From an uncultured Thermoplasmatales archaeon (GTDB lineage: Archaea; Thermoplasmatota; E2; DHVEG-1), in NCBI GenBank assembly GCA_964414035.1, contig CAYPUK010000127.1, positions 1-62,603 on the forward strand: a stretch of 62,603 bases of DNA. Direction: 5' to 3'. The first letter of the stretch is position 1. Every line of letters begins with the position of its first letter. The position numbers were made by a program, and so were the translations under genes. The notes under the pieces were generated by a model that was given only the letters and a program-made list of their open reading frames with translations, was not told the DNA's origin and made no database searches. Below, piece by piece: positions 27,063-35,461 of this stretch.

Positions 27063-28405
27063 GCAATCACCTCCTGTAACACAGAAATAAACTGTTTGAT
27101 GTCTGATTCATCATAGATTTCAGTGATACCAAACAACATCTTATTTTTCATCTGTGGGAACCATTGATCTAATGGCAATCCTCCTTGAACTCCATGAGCG
27201 ATGAGCGTATCATTTAACGTTATTGGGTCAATTGGACTTTCAATCACAAATTCGTTAAAATGAACGCCAGAAAACGGTTTGGAAAAGCCCTTAATCTCTG
27301 TAATAGCATTAGATAATACTTGCCCACGTTTAAAATTTGTTTTACTTATCTTTACAAGATTATTCCCACCTATCCAGGATAAATAAGCTGCAGCTCCAAG
27401 TGCGCATAACCCTTCATTTGTACAAATATTACTAGTTGCTTTTCCACGACGAATATGCTGTTCACGAGTTTGCATGGTCATACAAAATGCATCATTTCCG
27501 TTGGAATCCTTTGTTAATCCAATGAGTCTACCGGGTATTTGCCGGATATACTTTTTTTTACAAGCAAAAAGCCCTAATCCTGATCCTCCAAAATTCATTG
27601 GATTACCAAGCCCCCTTCCTTCACCGATAACAATATCTGCATTATAGTCCCCAGGTGATTTAACGATTCCAAGAGAAAAAGGATCGATTCCAACTACGGC
27701 TAATATCTCATGGTCATGAATAATTTTTATAAGGTGATCGATCTTTGATTCAAAGATACCAAAGGTGTTAGGATTTTCAATGTATACTGCTGAAACATCT
27801 TTAGATAATTGTTTTTTGAGCGCTGATTCATCGATTTCACCTGTTTTTCCATCAAAAGCAATCTCTTTGATACTGATACCTGGGCCTTTCACATAATTGT
27901 AAAGTACAGATTTTTTTTCCCAGGATAAATTCGAAGGGATCAAAAAAACTGATTTCTTAGTGATTCTAGTTGCCATTAACGCAGCCTCGCCAATAGCGGT
28001 AACTCCATCATACAATGAGCAATTAGCAACATCCATACCCGTAAGTTCAGCAATCATACTTTGATACTCAAACATAGCTTGCAGAAAACCCTGACTTGCT
28101 TCACTTTGATAGGGAGTGTAAGCAGTGAAGAATTCACTTCGATGTTGAATCGATTTAACCGCAGCAGGGATATAATGTGGTTTTATCCCTCCTCCTAAAA
28201 AACTGATCATGTTCTGACAGGATTTATTCTTATTTGCTAATTCACGTAATTTTTTTTCTGTGTTTAGTTGTGATAAGCCATCGTTTAAATCAAGTTTTTT
28301 GATTTGTACTGAGGATGGGATATCGGTAAAAAGGTCATCGATTGTTTTAAGATTTAAATCCTTAAGCATTTCTTTTTCAAATGCAGCATTTGGTATGAAC
28401 TTCAT
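27059..28405 (-). CDS. gcvPA: Glycine dehydrogenase (decarboxylating) subunit 1
   Basis: MKFIPNAAFEKEML start at ATG 28405, preceded by GGGGAG. 4-nt overlap with gcvPB. The track start 28480 is probably too long. Confidence 0.9.
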   Translation of the reverse strand: MKFIPNAAFEKEMLKDLNLKTIDDLFTDIPSSVQIKKLDLNDGLSQLNTEKKLRELANKNKSCQNMISFLGGGIKPHYIPAAVKSIQHRSEFFTAYTPYQSEASQGFLQAMFEYQSMIAELTGMDVANCSLYDGVTAIGEAALMATRITKKSVFLIPSNLSWEKKSVLYNYVKGPGISIKEIAFDGKTGEIDESALKKQLSKDVSAVYIENPNTFGIFESKIDHLIKIIHDHEILAVVGIDPFSLGIVKSPGDYNADIVIGEGRGLGNPMNFGGSGLGLFACKKKYIRQIPGRLIGLTKDSNGNDAFCMTMQTREQHIRRGKATSNICTNEGLCALGAAAYLSWIGGNNLVKISKTNFKRGQVLSNAITEIKGFSKPFSGVHFNEFVIESPIDPITLNDTLIAHGVQGGLPLDQWFPQMKNKMLFGITEIYDESDIKQFISVLQEVIA

Positions 28406-28515
28406 AGGCTCCCCAGAGGAGGGTAACAACAAATGATTAAAGAAATTTGTTATTTGAAAAAAACGATATGTACGTACCAAGATGTTTAAATCACGGTATG
28501 AACTTATGGGTTTTG

Positions 28516-29178
28516 ATGAAATACTATCATTTTCAAAATGAGCATACTTCGTTATCTATTGGAAAGATAATTTGTTTAGCTAGAACCTATAAAAAACATG
28601 CAACTGAAATGAAAACTAATCCTCCACCGGATCCATTGTTGTTTTTAAAACCTGCTAGTTCAATTATTTTTTCTGGTGAATCAATTCAGTATCCTGCTCA
28701 ATCAACTTGTGTGCATCATGAAGTTGAACTGGGCGTGGTCATTAATAAACAGGCAAAGGATATTTCTAAAAAAGATGCGTTATCTATTGTTGGTGGCTAT
28801 GTAGTTGGATTGGATATTACTGCTCGTGATATTCAATCGATTGCTAAAAAAAATGGATGGCCATGGAGTATTGCAAAAGGTTTTGATACTTTTGCTCCAA
28901 TTAGTGATGTTGTAAGTTGTACTGATGTAACTAATCCTAATCATATAGATTTTAGTTTGAGAGTGAATTCACATGTTCGTCAAAAGGGAAATACTTCTGA
29001 TTTGATTTGGGATATTGAAACCTTGATTTCTCATATTTCTAGGATTATGACGCTTGAACCGGGTGATTTGATTCTTACCGGAACTCCTGAAGGAGTAAGT
29101 GAGATTCAGATTGGTGATCAGATAACAGCTGATCTTGATGGATTAGTAACACTTTCAGTTAAGGTTACAAAAAGATGA
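28516..29178 (+). CDS. Fumarylacetoacetate hydrolase (FAH) family protein
   Basis: KIICLARTYKKHATEM, HHEVELGVVI and LILTGTPEGV motifs. ATG 28516 (MKYYHF) is preferred over the track start 28447. Confidence 0.8.
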   Translation: MKYYHFQNEHTSLSIGKIICLARTYKKHATEMKTNPPPDPLLFLKPASSIIFSGESIQYPAQSTCVHHEVELGVVINKQAKDISKKDALSIVGGYVVGLDITARDIQSIAKKNGWPWSIAKGFDTFAPISDVVSCTDVTNPNHIDFSLRVNSHVRQKGNTSDLIWDIETLISHISRIMTLEPGDLILTGTPEGVSEIQIGDQITADLDGLVTLSVKVTKR

Positions 29179-29206
29179 ATAATTTATCAATGAATCTTTA
29201 TCAATT

Positions 29207-29731
29207 TTAGTAGTCTATTCCTGGTTGTGGTTTGATTCCTTGTTGAAAAGGATGTTTTATTTCTTTTAAATCGGTGACCAAATCTGATATGCTGATAAAA
29301 TCTTCATCAGCAATCCGTCCGGTGAGAACAATGGTTAATTTCTTTGGTTTTTTGTTAAGAAGTTGAATGACTTCTTCTTTTTTTAATAGATGAAATGCAA
29401 CAGCAATGGTTATTTCATCTAAGATGAGAAGATCGCTTTTTTGTTCATTGATGATTTTTTTTGCGTAATCTAATCCTTCACGTGCTAGTTGTTCGTCAAT
29501 GGGATCGTGGTTGTTTTCAGTCAGGAATTTATTTCTACCAAAATGAGTAATAAATATGTTAGGTATTTTTTCAATTGATTTGAATTCGTTACTTGGTGTT
29601 CCTTTTAAAAATTGGATGATGCTAACTTGTAATCCTGCTCCAGCAGCTCGGATTGCTAAACCAAGTGCTGCAGTTGTTTTTCCTTTTCCTTTACCCATAT
29701 AAAGATGAATCATACCTTTTTGTTCTTTCAT
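29207..29731 (-). CDS. cobO: Cob(I)yrinic acid a,c-diamide adenosyltransferase (CobO/CobA type)
   Basis: GMIHLYMGKGKGKTTAALGLAIRAAGAG P-loop and LLILDEI. The track start 29770 is TTG, so ATG 29731 is preferred. Confidence 0.85.
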   Translation of the reverse strand: MKEQKGMIHLYMGKGKGKTTAALGLAIRAAGAGLQVSIIQFLKGTPSNEFKSIEKIPNIFITHFGRNKFLTENNHDPIDEQLAREGLDYAKKIINEQKSDLLILDEITIAVAFHLLKKEEVIQLLNKKPKKLTIVLTGRIADEDFISISDLVTDLKEIKHPFQQGIKPQPGIDY

Positions 29732-29824
29732 CAGATTGAATAGGGAGTTAAAGGTTTTTAGTTTTTGCAATCAAAGAAAAACATGTTTAAAAAAGAGTGA
29801 TTTGGTCATGTGAGAGGGAGGGAA

Positions 29825-29876
29825 GAAAGGGAAACAGTGTTGCTACAGAACCATAAAAAAATTCTGTTTCCCCTTC
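29825..29876. other. Purine-rich stem-loop island E, function unknown
   Basis: GGGAAACAG (29829-29837) pairs with CTGTTTCCC (29864-29872), extended by GAA/TTC. Preceded by the purine tract TGAGAGGGAGGGAAGAAAGG. Confidence 0.5.
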
Positions 29877-30078
29877 GAATCTATGCAACAGGATTATCTG
29901 ACTTTTATTATTTATAATTTGTTTATTTTTCGGTTTATTATTGTGTTAATAAAGGTTAATATATCATTAAAGTTGGTAAACCTTTCAGTTACAGTCTTTT
30001 GTTCTGTTTGCTTATTCTTAAAAAATAGAATAATGCTTTTAAATTACATAATTATTCAATAATCATTGGTGTGTTATC

Positions 30079-30273
30079 ATGCAGAAACCATTAATGATAA
30101 TCTTATTAGGTATGATTGGGGGTGCTCTTCTTGCAATAGGGTTGTATATAGCAAATTTTTTAGATTTTGCTCCGTTAGGTGTTCCATTCAATAATTTTTT
30201 CATTACTGTTGGTGTCATTGTTTTTTTGATAAGTGGTTTTTTTCTCCTTTCGATGGAAACATTAAAAAAATAA
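30079..30273 (+). CDS. Small two-TM membrane protein
   Basis: 64 aa with two hydrophobic helices. Confidence 0.4.
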   Translation: MQKPLMIILLGMIGGALLAIGLYIANFLDFAPLGVPFNNFFITVGVIVFLISGFFLLSMETLKK

Positions 30274-30314
30274 ATGGTAAAAGAAAAGAAAATAGGTGAG
30301 ATAGTTTATCCCAC

Positions 30315-30479
30315 TTAGATTTCATTATTTTTTATTTTTTCCTTCAAAATGTTGAATTGATCCTTTGTCAACGTGCAAATATTATCTTTTTCACCGATTC
30401 TTACGGTATTTCCTTCAACGTCAACGGTAGGACATTTTGGAGGAACACATGTGTCATCTGTACATAGTACTACGCGCAT
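30315..30479 (-). CDS. 54-aa Cys-rich mini-protein, paralog of 53268..53420
   Basis: Own translation: MRVVLCTDDTCVPPKCPTVDVEGNTVRIGEKDNICTLTKDQFNILKEKIKNNEI. Under 60 aa, so absent from the track. Shares the C..C.P.V....V.IGE..N.C.LT......L..KIKNNE pattern with its paralog. Confidence 0.55.
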   Translation of the reverse strand: MRVVLCTDDTCVPPKCPTVDVEGNTVRIGEKDNICTLTKDQFNILKEKIKNNEI

Positions 30480-30590
30480 GGTTTATCCCCATTAATTAAC
30501 AATTGATAATATTATTATTCTTCTACTTAAATAAGTTTTGGTGCAAAATATTCATTTTGATCAGCAGGATATAAACTTGATCACGTTGTT

Positions 30591-32006
30591 CTATGCAAAA
30601 CCAGTTATTGTTATCTCTTCTGGATTAACTTTTGTCATGATGCGCGGTTCATCTCGAGTAACCGATGATACTTCTGTAAATTTCACTTGAATTGCTGGTC
30701 CAAATACTTCTTTGAATCCCTTTTCTAATTCCTGACAGATGGTATCAATAGTTGCTCCTTTATTTCGTAAGTTTTCATCAACCACATAATTCACATCGAT
30801 TTCATCTACATCTTGTTGAATCACTTTGAGATCACGTATCTTACTTGTTTCTAACTTATATAAAAGCCTGCTAAAGATGGTTGTGAGTGAAGATCCAAGT
30901 AAAATCTTTCCGTCTTTTCGATACAATCGAATACTATCCCGGCCATAAATCCGTTTTATGGAATCTGGAAGAATAACAGAAGAATCATCTTGTTCATATT
31001 CAGGTGAAACTATATCATTTATTGCATTATAGCGGATAATTGGAGTACCACCACTATACAATTTAGTAACGATAGTATATCCCGGTTCCTTAGAGGACAC
31101 ATACTGACCTTGTTCATTTTGAAATTCAATTAAAAGAAAATCGGACATGATCGAATATTTGGTTAATCCGGGTCGTTGAAATGCAATGGGTCCAGTTTCT
31201 GTTGCCCCATATACTTCAAAAATTTTTGTTGAAAACGTTTTTTCAATATACTCTTTTAATTTTGGATCAAGAAGTGCTCCAGTTGAAGCAATAACTTTTG
31301 GTTGAATCGTGGATTTCATTCCTTGATTTTTTAGAACCGCGATATGACCAAGCATTCCCGTGTAACCACCGATGAAATCAGGTTGGAATTCTTCAAGAGC
31401 ATTAAGAACATTTTCTGGAGAATCATTAGTATCTAACCATTGAATGTTTTTTAAGGATGATTGAAACCAAGATTTCGGAAGTAATCCGCGTTTAACATAT
31501 CCTGATTCAGCTGTGTGCGGTGCAAAATCTCCTATAATCGTAAGCTTATGACTCCGCCAATTCAATCCATACGATCGAATCGTCCGTAAATATCCAAACA
31601 ATCCCATGATGATTTCATACATATCAACATACAAATCCAAAGATTTACCTGTTGTTCCAGAAGTTGAAACTTTCACTACCGAGGATGGATTTTTCCCTCT
31701 TGGGATCAAATCAGTAAGCGTTTTACCTTTGAAATCATTTTTAGTAATAATGGGGAGTTTCTCAATATCAAATCGATTATTGATATCATTTGGAGTAATC
31801 CCTTGTTTTTTGTATAACTCATGATACATGGGAACTTTCCAAGCATACTTCACCATGGATTTCACTTGTTTATCTTGAAAACGATGCAATTTTTCAATAC
31901 TAAACCGATCCAATCGATTAATATCAAATACATAACTTTTCAAGAGTTTTGCAAGAAAAAAAGGATTATAAAACGGATTCATCATTACACCAAAGTAATC
32001 ACACAA
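30591..32006 (-). CDS. Phenylacetate-CoA ligase-like adenylate-forming enzyme (PaaK / coenzyme F390 synthetase family)
   Basis: AMP-binding motif STSGTTGKSL, YGATETG, size and C-terminal domain typical of the PaaK-like family. Confidence 0.8.
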   Translation of the reverse strand: MCDYFGVMMNPFYNPFFLAKLLKSYVFDINRLDRFSIEKLHRFQDKQVKSMVKYAWKVPMYHELYKKQGITPNDINNRFDIEKLPIITKNDFKGKTLTDLIPRGKNPSSVVKVSTSGTTGKSLDLYVDMYEIIMGLFGYLRTIRSYGLNWRSHKLTIIGDFAPHTAESGYVKRGLLPKSWFQSSLKNIQWLDTNDSPENVLNALEEFQPDFIGGYTGMLGHIAVLKNQGMKSTIQPKVIASTGALLDPKLKEYIEKTFSTKIFEVYGATETGPIAFQRPGLTKYSIMSDFLLIEFQNEQGQYVSSKEPGYTIVTKLYSGGTPIIRYNAINDIVSPEYEQDDSSVILPDSIKRIYGRDSIRLYRKDGKILLGSSLTTIFSRLLYKLETSKIRDLKVIQQDVDEIDVNYVVDENLRNKGATIDTICQELEKGFKEVFGPAIQVKFTEVSSVTRDEPRIMTKVNPEEITITGFA

Positions 32007-32054
32007 ATAAATAATAGTTTAAAAAACATTCCATAATCAACACTGTGAATCTGC

Positions 32055-33362
32055 ATGAATATTCTTCTCATTGAACAATTAAAAAAATCTTCTCAAACAT
32101 CAAATCAATTTTTAACACGATTTCTCACTACTTTTTCGATTTTACCCACATTATACATCAGACGATTAGATGCAATAACACCAGATCATCATCAAGTAAC
32201 GATTCTAAATGAACGATATCAACAAAGAACAATTTCTAAAATGTATGATTTAGTCGTTATTCACTTTACTACAGCTTCCTCAAATACTGCTTATAACGTG
32301 GCTGATGAATTTAAAAAATTAAACGTTCCTGTTGTACTATGTGGGTTACATGCATCTGCACTTCCAGATGAAGCATTAAATCATGCAGATAGTGTCTTAC
32401 TTGGCAGAGGAGAATGCAATTGGCTTGAATTATTAAACGATGCAGAAGAAAAAAATCTAAAAAAGATATATCCTCCGAAACCATATCAAACAAAAGATTG
32501 TTACATACCACCAACAAATGTTTCATTACCTGGTTTTGTACTGATGGGTGCAGTTGAAGCAACCAGAGGATGCCCCTATCAATGTCGTTTTTGTCCAGAA
32601 GGAAATACACCATATGGAGAAAAATTTTACACTCGTCCGGTGGATGAAGTAATCGATGAAATAAAACATCTTCCACAAAAAATCTTCATGTTTTACGATA
32701 TGTCCCTTACCATTGATCCAGCATATACTAAACAGCTTTTCACAAAAATGAAAGCATTGAACAAACGATTCTTTTGTAATGGAAATATCAATGTTTTAGC
32801 ACAGGATCCTTCATTTGTCAAATTATCTAAACAGGCAGGATGCATTGGATGGTTGGTTGGTTTTGAATCATTTCAGCAACAAACCTTGGAAAGCATTGGG
32901 AAATCGACAAATAAAGTGAATGATTACAAAAAAGGAGTTGATCTTATTCACTCCCAGAATATGATGGTGATTGGTGATTTCATGTTTGGTTTTGATACCG
33001 ACGAACCAACTGTTTTCGATAGCACGCTTTCAATGATAAAAAAACTGAAAATTGATGCTGCGGATTTTACCATTGTAACTCCCTCTCCAGGTACACCATT
33101 ATTTAACCAATTTCAAAAAGAAGGCCGCTTGTTAACCACTAACTGGGAAAAGTACACTATGTTTAACCCCGTGTTTCAACCAAAGCAGATGACTCCAAAA
33201 CAATTAAAGAAGGGAGTATCGAAATTGTATAAACAATTTTATTCACCAAAACAAACGATTACTCGAATTCTTCCATCTCTTGCTCGGGGTATCTATCCGT
33301 TCTTTTCTGTAGCAGGTCGAAATCTTCTTGCATCATTTAATGCTGTTTTTCTTACAAGATAA
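32055..33362 (+). CDS. B12-binding-domain radical SAM enzyme
   Basis: N-terminal Rossmann-like B12-binding region, then ATRGCPYQCRFC (CxxxCxxC). Confidence 0.85.
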   Translation: MNILLIEQLKKSSQTSNQFLTRFLTTFSILPTLYIRRLDAITPDHHQVTILNERYQQRTISKMYDLVVIHFTTASSNTAYNVADEFKKLNVPVVLCGLHASALPDEALNHADSVLLGRGECNWLELLNDAEEKNLKKIYPPKPYQTKDCYIPPTNVSLPGFVLMGAVEATRGCPYQCRFCPEGNTPYGEKFYTRPVDEVIDEIKHLPQKIFMFYDMSLTIDPAYTKQLFTKMKALNKRFFCNGNINVLAQDPSFVKLSKQAGCIGWLVGFESFQQQTLESIGKSTNKVNDYKKGVDLIHSQNMMVIGDFMFGFDTDEPTVFDSTLSMIKKLKIDAADFTIVTPSPGTPLFNQFQKEGRLLTTNWEKYTMFNPVFQPKQMTPKQLKKGVSKLYKQFYSPKQTITRILPSLARGIYPFFSVAGRNLLASFNAVFLTR

Positions 33363-34836
33363 ATGCCCAAACGTTTTCAATTGAATCTGTGGCAACTCTT
33401 CCTTGTTCGTCTATCAAGCTTACTTTAATGGTGTAGGTTCCAAGTGAAAACTGATCCCAGGTATACTCATAAGGAGCCTGGGTGATTTCTGCAGTAAAAT
33501 TATTCCTTCTTCCATTAATTTCAAAGGTTACCTTTTCAACGTCAAGATCTGATTCAATATTTGTTCCAATGGTCATTTTCCCAAGAACGTAAGTTTGTGA
33601 AAGCAATCTATTCTTTGATTCTCGCCCAAGAATATAATGATAGAATGGTTTTGGTGTTTTTAGTCCAATTGTTGGCGGAAGTGATCCTTCAGTTACTCTG
33701 CTTGCCGTTGTTGCATCCACATAATATGCATCAAAATCATTATCTTGTTCTCCTGGATTTGAAAAACCAGTATGTTTTTCATCATTAAACAATACGGCAA
33801 CGACCCATAGGTTTTCTTTAACTACAGAGAATCCAGCATCTGATGGATTCCATGACCTTGTTATGCTTTTGTTCTCACCTGATGAAACGCTTATTTGTTC
33901 ATTTAATCCATAATCTAAAAATGAAAAATGATAGGGATCGCCGTTTACATCAGACCATTGACTTTTAATCTCAGTTATGTACAGTTTGATTCTACCAGAA
34001 TATGTTTCATCTTCAAAATTTTTAATATACAACGTGTTCTTTAGTTCTTCCCGAGAATCATTCCATTCAGATTGTAAGGTTAATTTAATTGAAGGTGTTG
34101 GACGATTCGCTGCTTCTTGCAAGGTTGAATCAATATTATCGATAATGTTTTGAGAAACAACAATGACTTTATATCCTCCATCAAGGAAAACTGTTGGATA
34201 CCCGTAGATGTTGTACTCATCTGCTAACCTAGCACTTGCTTTTTGGTTCTCATCTTCAACCATGCTTACATAATAAAATGGTGTGTTTTGTCGTTCATAA
34301 GCATCATGAATTGCTTCAGCTGCTTCTGGACAGTTCGAACACCAAGTTGCTGTTCCTTCTTCTAAGAACACTGCTCGTTGAATATTTTCATCATCATCTG
34401 AACCTGAGTTTTTCAGAATGGTAATAGTGTAAAATCGTGAGCCATCAGTTGAAGGGTCTCCTACTGGTCCATTTCCATTTTTATCTTCAACAGTAACGTA
34501 ATAATGATAAGTCTTCGTTTCATCGGAAGCGGCTGCAAAGGTATATGATTTTGAAAGGATAGATGCTGATTGCCATTGACTCTCAGTTTCGCTTCTGTAA
34601 AATAAGGTTGCTTTTGTCACATTTGTATTGTCTGAATAGTTAATATTGATCTCTTTTTGTTCGCCTTGGAACATAGTTATATCTTTTGAAATGACCGTAA
34701 TTGTTGGAGGCTCAGTATCTTCAGTTACATTGTCTTCAGATAATAAAAGCGAACCAGCTAATACAGAAACTAGGATCACGGTGATGACAAGATAGCCTGG
34801 GGGGATGTAGACATTTTTTATTTTCATGCATTCCAA
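33352..34836 (-). CDS. Exported protein with a thioredoxin-like CxxC domain and Ig-like domains
   Basis: TM/signal anchor. EEGTATWCSNCPEAAEAI thioredoxin-like motif. C-terminal beta-rich repeat. Confidence 0.55.
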   Translation of the reverse strand: MECMKIKNVYIPPGYLVITVILVSVLAGSLLLSEDNVTEDTEPPTITVISKDITMFQGEQKEININYSDNTNVTKATLFYRSETESQWQSASILSKSYTFAAASDETKTYHYYVTVEDKNGNGPVGDPSTDGSRFYTITILKNSGSDDDENIQRAVFLEEGTATWCSNCPEAAEAIHDAYERQNTPFYYVSMVEDENQKASARLADEYNIYGYPTVFLDGGYKVIVVSQNIIDNIDSTLQEAANRPTPSIKLTLQSEWNDSREELKNTLYIKNFEDETYSGRIKLYITEIKSQWSDVNGDPYHFSFLDYGLNEQISVSSGENKSITRSWNPSDAGFSVVKENLWVVAVLFNDEKHTGFSNPGEQDNDFDAYYVDATTASRVTEGSLPPTIGLKTPKPFYHYILGRESKNRLLSQTYVLGKMTIGTNIESDLDVEKVTFEINGRRNNFTAEITQAPYEYTWDQFSLGTYTIKVSLIDEQGRVATDSIENVWAFIL

Positions 34837-34898
34837 ATCCTTTTAGGAGTACGATAATCACACTTTATAGATCTCATGGGCTAAATAACGTTGAATAA

Positions 34899-34974
34899 AG
34901 GGGATTAAGTGTAAGAAGGCCGAGAACAGTAATCTGTTTTCCATTCATTTGTTGTCCCCTAACAGTATTTTTTT
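34899..34974 (+). other. Stem-loop island F followed by ACA and T7, a candidate small RNA gene
   Basis: AGGGGA (34899-34904) pairs with TCCCCT (34955-34960). The inner hairpin AGAACAG-TAAT-CTGTTTT has a G-U valid only on the + strand. ACA 34962-34964 and T7 34968-34974. Confidence 0.35.
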
Positions 34975-35205
34975 ATTCTGATTTTCCGGTTTTTTTGAAA
35001 GTATAATAATTATAACCTCATTAATATTTAATATTAACGCTTGTTATTAACCAAATATTTTGAAAATGTTTTCGTTATAATGCATATTAGATAAAGATAA
35101 TAATGCTAATATTTAACAGACGTCTGAATTAATGTGGAATAAATGAATTTTAAAAAAAGGTTGATTAATTTTAATATAACTTTATAAAGTAGAACTTGAT
35201 TCAGA

Positions 35206-35373
35206 ATGTTAAATAGAAGCCAAGGTGGTGCATTCAGTATGCTCGTTCCAGGTTCGGAGGATGAAAAAAGGTTTGTCGAACGCCTGTTAAAGAAACACGA
35301 ACAAAACATATTGGAGAAAAACCCAGGTAAAAAGGTAAAGGGAGATGCTAAGAGTATTCTTCGAGATAAATAA
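35206..35373 (+). CDS. 55-aa hypothetical protein, possibly on a leaderless mRNA
   Basis: Own translation: MLNRSQGGAFSMLVPGSEDEKRFVERLLKKHEQNILEKNPGKKVKGDAKSILRDK. TTTATAAA (35182-35189) lies about 20 nt upstream of the ATG. Confidence 0.35.
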   Translation: MLNRSQGGAFSMLVPGSEDEKRFVERLLKKHEQNILEKNPGKKVKGDAKSILRDK

Positions 35374-35461
35374 TTCTATCTTGATTTTTACCATTTCATT
35401 ATCATTTTTTTATAATGGCCTGCATAAGATTATTTAATGATGATTTTATATATTAAAACTG

